A stretch of DNA of 64,000 bases from assembly GCF_009914755.1 (NCBI RefSeq), contig NC_060946.1, one strand, 5' to 3'. The notes beneath the pieces were generated by a model. It was not told the origin of the DNA, ran no database searches, and was given only the letters and a program-made list of their open reading frames with translations. Origin of the DNA: the human T2T-CHM13v2.0 reference genome, Homo sapiens. Position numbers and translations under genes: made by a program. This document shows, in pieces, positions 60,575-64,000 of the stretch (positions within the stretch are counted from its first letter, which is position 1; every line of letters starts with the position of its first letter).

Positions 60575-63500
60575 GTAAGTGGTTCCTAAGAAGGAGGACC
60601 GTATGCGTTTCCATACCCATCATTCTGTCTTGTGAGCTTCCTCTGAGTCATTTGTCATCCTGCCTTTGCTCCTGCTGTCCTGGTTTTGAGGAATGTCCTT
60701 TATTCAACTTGATCTATTGAGCTCTTATGTACCCTTCAAAACCCAGCTCAAACAGCACATCTCTGGAAAGTTCTTCCATTGCCTGCCTTCCTCTGAATCC
60801 TGCTGCACCTTCTATGCCTGTCTTAACTGTGGTTGGTTGGCATAGTACTTATTTGATTATATGACTTATTTGACTAGAAATTCCTTAAGAGCAACAATGA
60901 TTTCTCTCATTCAATTCTGTATCTTAAGCAGCCCTCATAGTACTTGGTCAGTAGTGAGTGCTTAACAGTTTGTTTAGTGAATGAATAAATGATATTCATT
61001 GATGCATGGTTGGTGGGGATTACTTGAACACTATTTTTATAGAAAAGGAAACCTAGATACTGGCTAAGATGTATAGTTGGTTCACTTTAAGCAGAAAGCT
61101 ATTGAGTTGGTACTAACTGGTGTAGTTGCATTGATTGTTAAAATATTGAATCCTTCATACCAGGTGGTAAATGGTTGTAACCCTTGGCCCCCCAAGTGCC
61201 TTCAGCTGCCATGTTTACCCAGGTCCCTCTCCTGAGTCCCTTGGAATGGCTACAATCCAATAATTACAGGGTTAATGCTTGGCACAGGTAGGAACCTCAG
61301 TACCTTCCTCCAGCTGGTGTCCGTCCTGATTGGTTGATGTCCACTAAAAATCCTTAGCTATTCTGAATAGCGCTGCTGCATTGAAGCAATAGTTGAATGC
61401 AATGTGGCCCTTACACTTTAAGGATTTGTAAACTTGTCGCTGGTGGTGGCCAGTGCTATTTCTCTCTTGTCCTCTTTAGCCATGGAACCTGGGCAGGATG
61501 ACAAGGTGGACCATGAGGGAGGCAGGCTTGGAATGCAATGCATCTTGGGAGTATCCCTGTGTTAGGTAGAAAGGGCATCTCTTTGTGTCTCCAGCGCCCC
61601 CTTCAGACAAGGTGAATGCTGCAATGCTTGGGCTGAGAGGTCTGGTGGCCTCAGGGCCTGGTGCTGGCTTGAGCCCAGTGACCCATCCTGACTCTTCCTT
61701 CCCCTCCCCTTCAGCTTTGGTTTGCCCGGCTAGTCCCACATGTGCCTGCACCTGTCTGATGAACGACTTTGATGCATTAGAGAGGTCTTCCAGCAACTGA
61801 ACAGTAGCAGCTGCTGAAATACCTCGGCCAAGTCTTTGTTGGGGAGGTTGACAGGGAGGACAGGCTCTGTTCCCACTCTTGCCTGACCTAAGGCATAAGT
61901 GGGGGCCAAAGTTGACCCCGGCAGGCTGTTGTTAGGTTATGATGAAATGTTACTGTGTGCTGTTTATCTCCAGACAATGCTGCTTTGCTGCTCATGGGCT
62001 CATTTAATACCCCGTGCAGCAATGCAGGTGGATGGGATTCTACCCATTTATCACAGGTGGAGACTGAGGCCAAAAGAGGTCAAGTGATTTTCCCAAGGTC
62101 ATCAGACCAGATAGAGGCAGAGCGAGGGGGAGAGCCTGTGTGTTCTCTGCTCTCACAAGATGCCTGGAAAAGGACCAGTCTGGTGAGTGAGGTGGCCGGG
62201 GTGGTGCCACAGAGACCTGGGGGAAAGGGTTCCATGAGATTGACACCAGCAGCGCTGGTGTCACTGTGAGCAAGTAAAGAGGCAGAGTTAAGCCATGGAT
62301 GGGGACAAACTGTCACTGCTGTGCCTGGATGGAGACTCAGAGCCAAGATGCAGGATGGCTCTGAGCCTCAGCCCACAGCAGGTGGCTGGACCATGGGCCA
62401 AGATATTCCTGGGGCTGGAGCAAGGGAGCCTCAGGACATGTTTCCACAAGGCAGCAAGCTCTGGCTGGTTCCTGCCAATTTAATTTTCTTGTCCCAATCA
62501 ATAAATAACTCCGTACTCTCTTGCCTTGTCCCAGCACAACTGTTTCATTTGATCCTCATCTAATCCTTGCAAGAAGCCATTAGAATCCATCCCATTTTGC
62601 AGGAATGGAAAACAAGGCTTGGGGAAGTGACCTGGTTCTCCTAGGGCTACCCAGTCAGTGAGGAACAGGGAGAGGCTGGAATAACACTGGAGTGGAAAGT
62701 AACCCGTATTGAATGTCAAGGAGACCTAGATTCTAGCTCTGGCCCTGCCGCTTTTTGTGGTCCTGGCTAAACCCCTTCCCCTTTCTTGGCCTCAGTTTAC
62801 TCATCTGTAAAAATGTGCTATTAGTTTCTATTGGCCCCAGTTATTCTAGAGGTGCTGTTTCCCTCTATATGCTAAAAAGGGTGGCAGGGTGGGGGGACCA
62901 AAGGCTTTGATGACTTTGAAGGTCCAAAGGAAGAGAATCCATGGGCATATGAGGGTGGGGTGGGAGGAGGCTGGCACTGGTTATCTTGTTTGGCCCACCC
63001 CATGTTACTGTCTCCTCTGTGGTGGTTGGTTAAAAATAAGGCACTGACTTACTTTTCAATATGGTGTAGACAGTGGTGAGATTTGCCAAGTGCAGTCAAT
63101 CCCCCTTCCAAGGCTATGTCCTGCCTTCCCCCAGAAGGTCAGGAGAAGCTACTCGGCCTTGGGCCCCAGAGCCATGATGCTGAGCACCAGCTGAACCTCG
63201 TAATCACCCGGGCAGTCACAACCCAGGCAGACTCAATCAGAGTCTCTGGGAATAAGGCCAAGGAGTTAAGGTTTTTAAAAGTGCCCCAGGAGATTCCAGA
63301 GAGCCCTAGAGAGAAAAGGAAGGGCATCTAATATGCCGCAGTTCAAGGCACTGGCTTTGGAGTCAGAGAGAACTGGCTTTACATTTCACCTTTGTAGCTG
63401 GGTCACCTTACATCTTTACATCTAGTTCTTTGCTTGTAGAATGGGGAGAAGTTCAGAATCTACTCCAGTTGTTCCTTCGGAGGATTAAATAGGAGATTGC

Positions 63501-64000
63501 ATGATGGTGATATAGGGCTCATTGCAAGGAAGATATAAATGATAGATACTATTATTATTGTGATTATTACAAAGATGAAAACAGAGACTTTGCTGTGGCA
63601 TTGGTCACCTAAAACAGGAGAGAGACACAAAAGCCAGAATGGAACGCAGAAGGTGGCCACGCTGTGACTGGTGTACTAGCATAGTGCTCTGGAACTTTGT
63701 GCAAGCTTGGAACAATTTCTGATTGAGGTCTTCAGGCAAAGATTTGTAGAGAGGAGATAGAAGAGATATTTGAGCTGGGTATAGAAGATGAGTAGACCAT
63801 GGACAAGTGAAGAGGGGAAAGGGCACGCCAGGCAGCAAGCTCAGCATGGGCAACAGCCTGGAAGCAGGGACTGGTCAGGTAGGAGAAGGTGACCAGTACA
63901 GTTCATGCATGGGAACAAGTAGGGACAATATGGTCAGATTGGAGGCTGGGGTTCCTTGTTGAGGAATTTGAAAGACCAATGGTGGTGCCAAATGATTTTC

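Noticed and set aside
63030-63039. Isolated MEF2-like site TTAAAAATAA in a MYO18B intron
   Set aside because: A single AT-rich 10-mer is expected by chance and has no supporting motif cluster.

Overview
Primate, most likely human, genomic DNA matching the GRK3 (ADRBK2) - MYO18B locus on chr22q12.1. Both genes are on the + strand. 653-19593 holds the last eight coding exons of GRK3 (end of kinase domain, AGC C-tail, PH domain), all GT-AG and joining in frame. A ~6.8 kb 3'UTR runs to a distal AATAAA at 26418. After ~13 kb of repeat-rich intergenic DNA, a CpG-containing promoter-like region with MEF2/E-box/MCAT motifs (~38990-39600) probably starts MYO18B. Its ATG exon (58169-58316, MAISSRLALWEQK) and next coding exon (60416-60574) are in the window. 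The rest is ~35 Alus, L1 pieces, DNA transposon fossils, a solo LTR12 (ERV9) inside an AluJ, an MST LTR and a tailless 5S rRNA retropseudogene. Almost all ORFs in the supplied track are repeat-derived noise. There is no prokaryotic-type system or CRISPR array. The most notable signals are: (1) a GA-AG non-canonical intron that the MYO18B frame requires, with a frameshifting GT 4 nt downstream; (2) a Kozak-ATG mini-exon with a GTAAGT donor that would give a natural GRK3 C-terminal (bARKct-like) protein; (3) nested complementary repeats in the GRK3 3'UTR with poly(A) signals in the loop; (4) a sense LTR12 that could act as an alternative MYO18B promoter. Gene identities come from my recall of the protein sequences, not from a search. 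Repeat boundaries and subfamilies are approximate.
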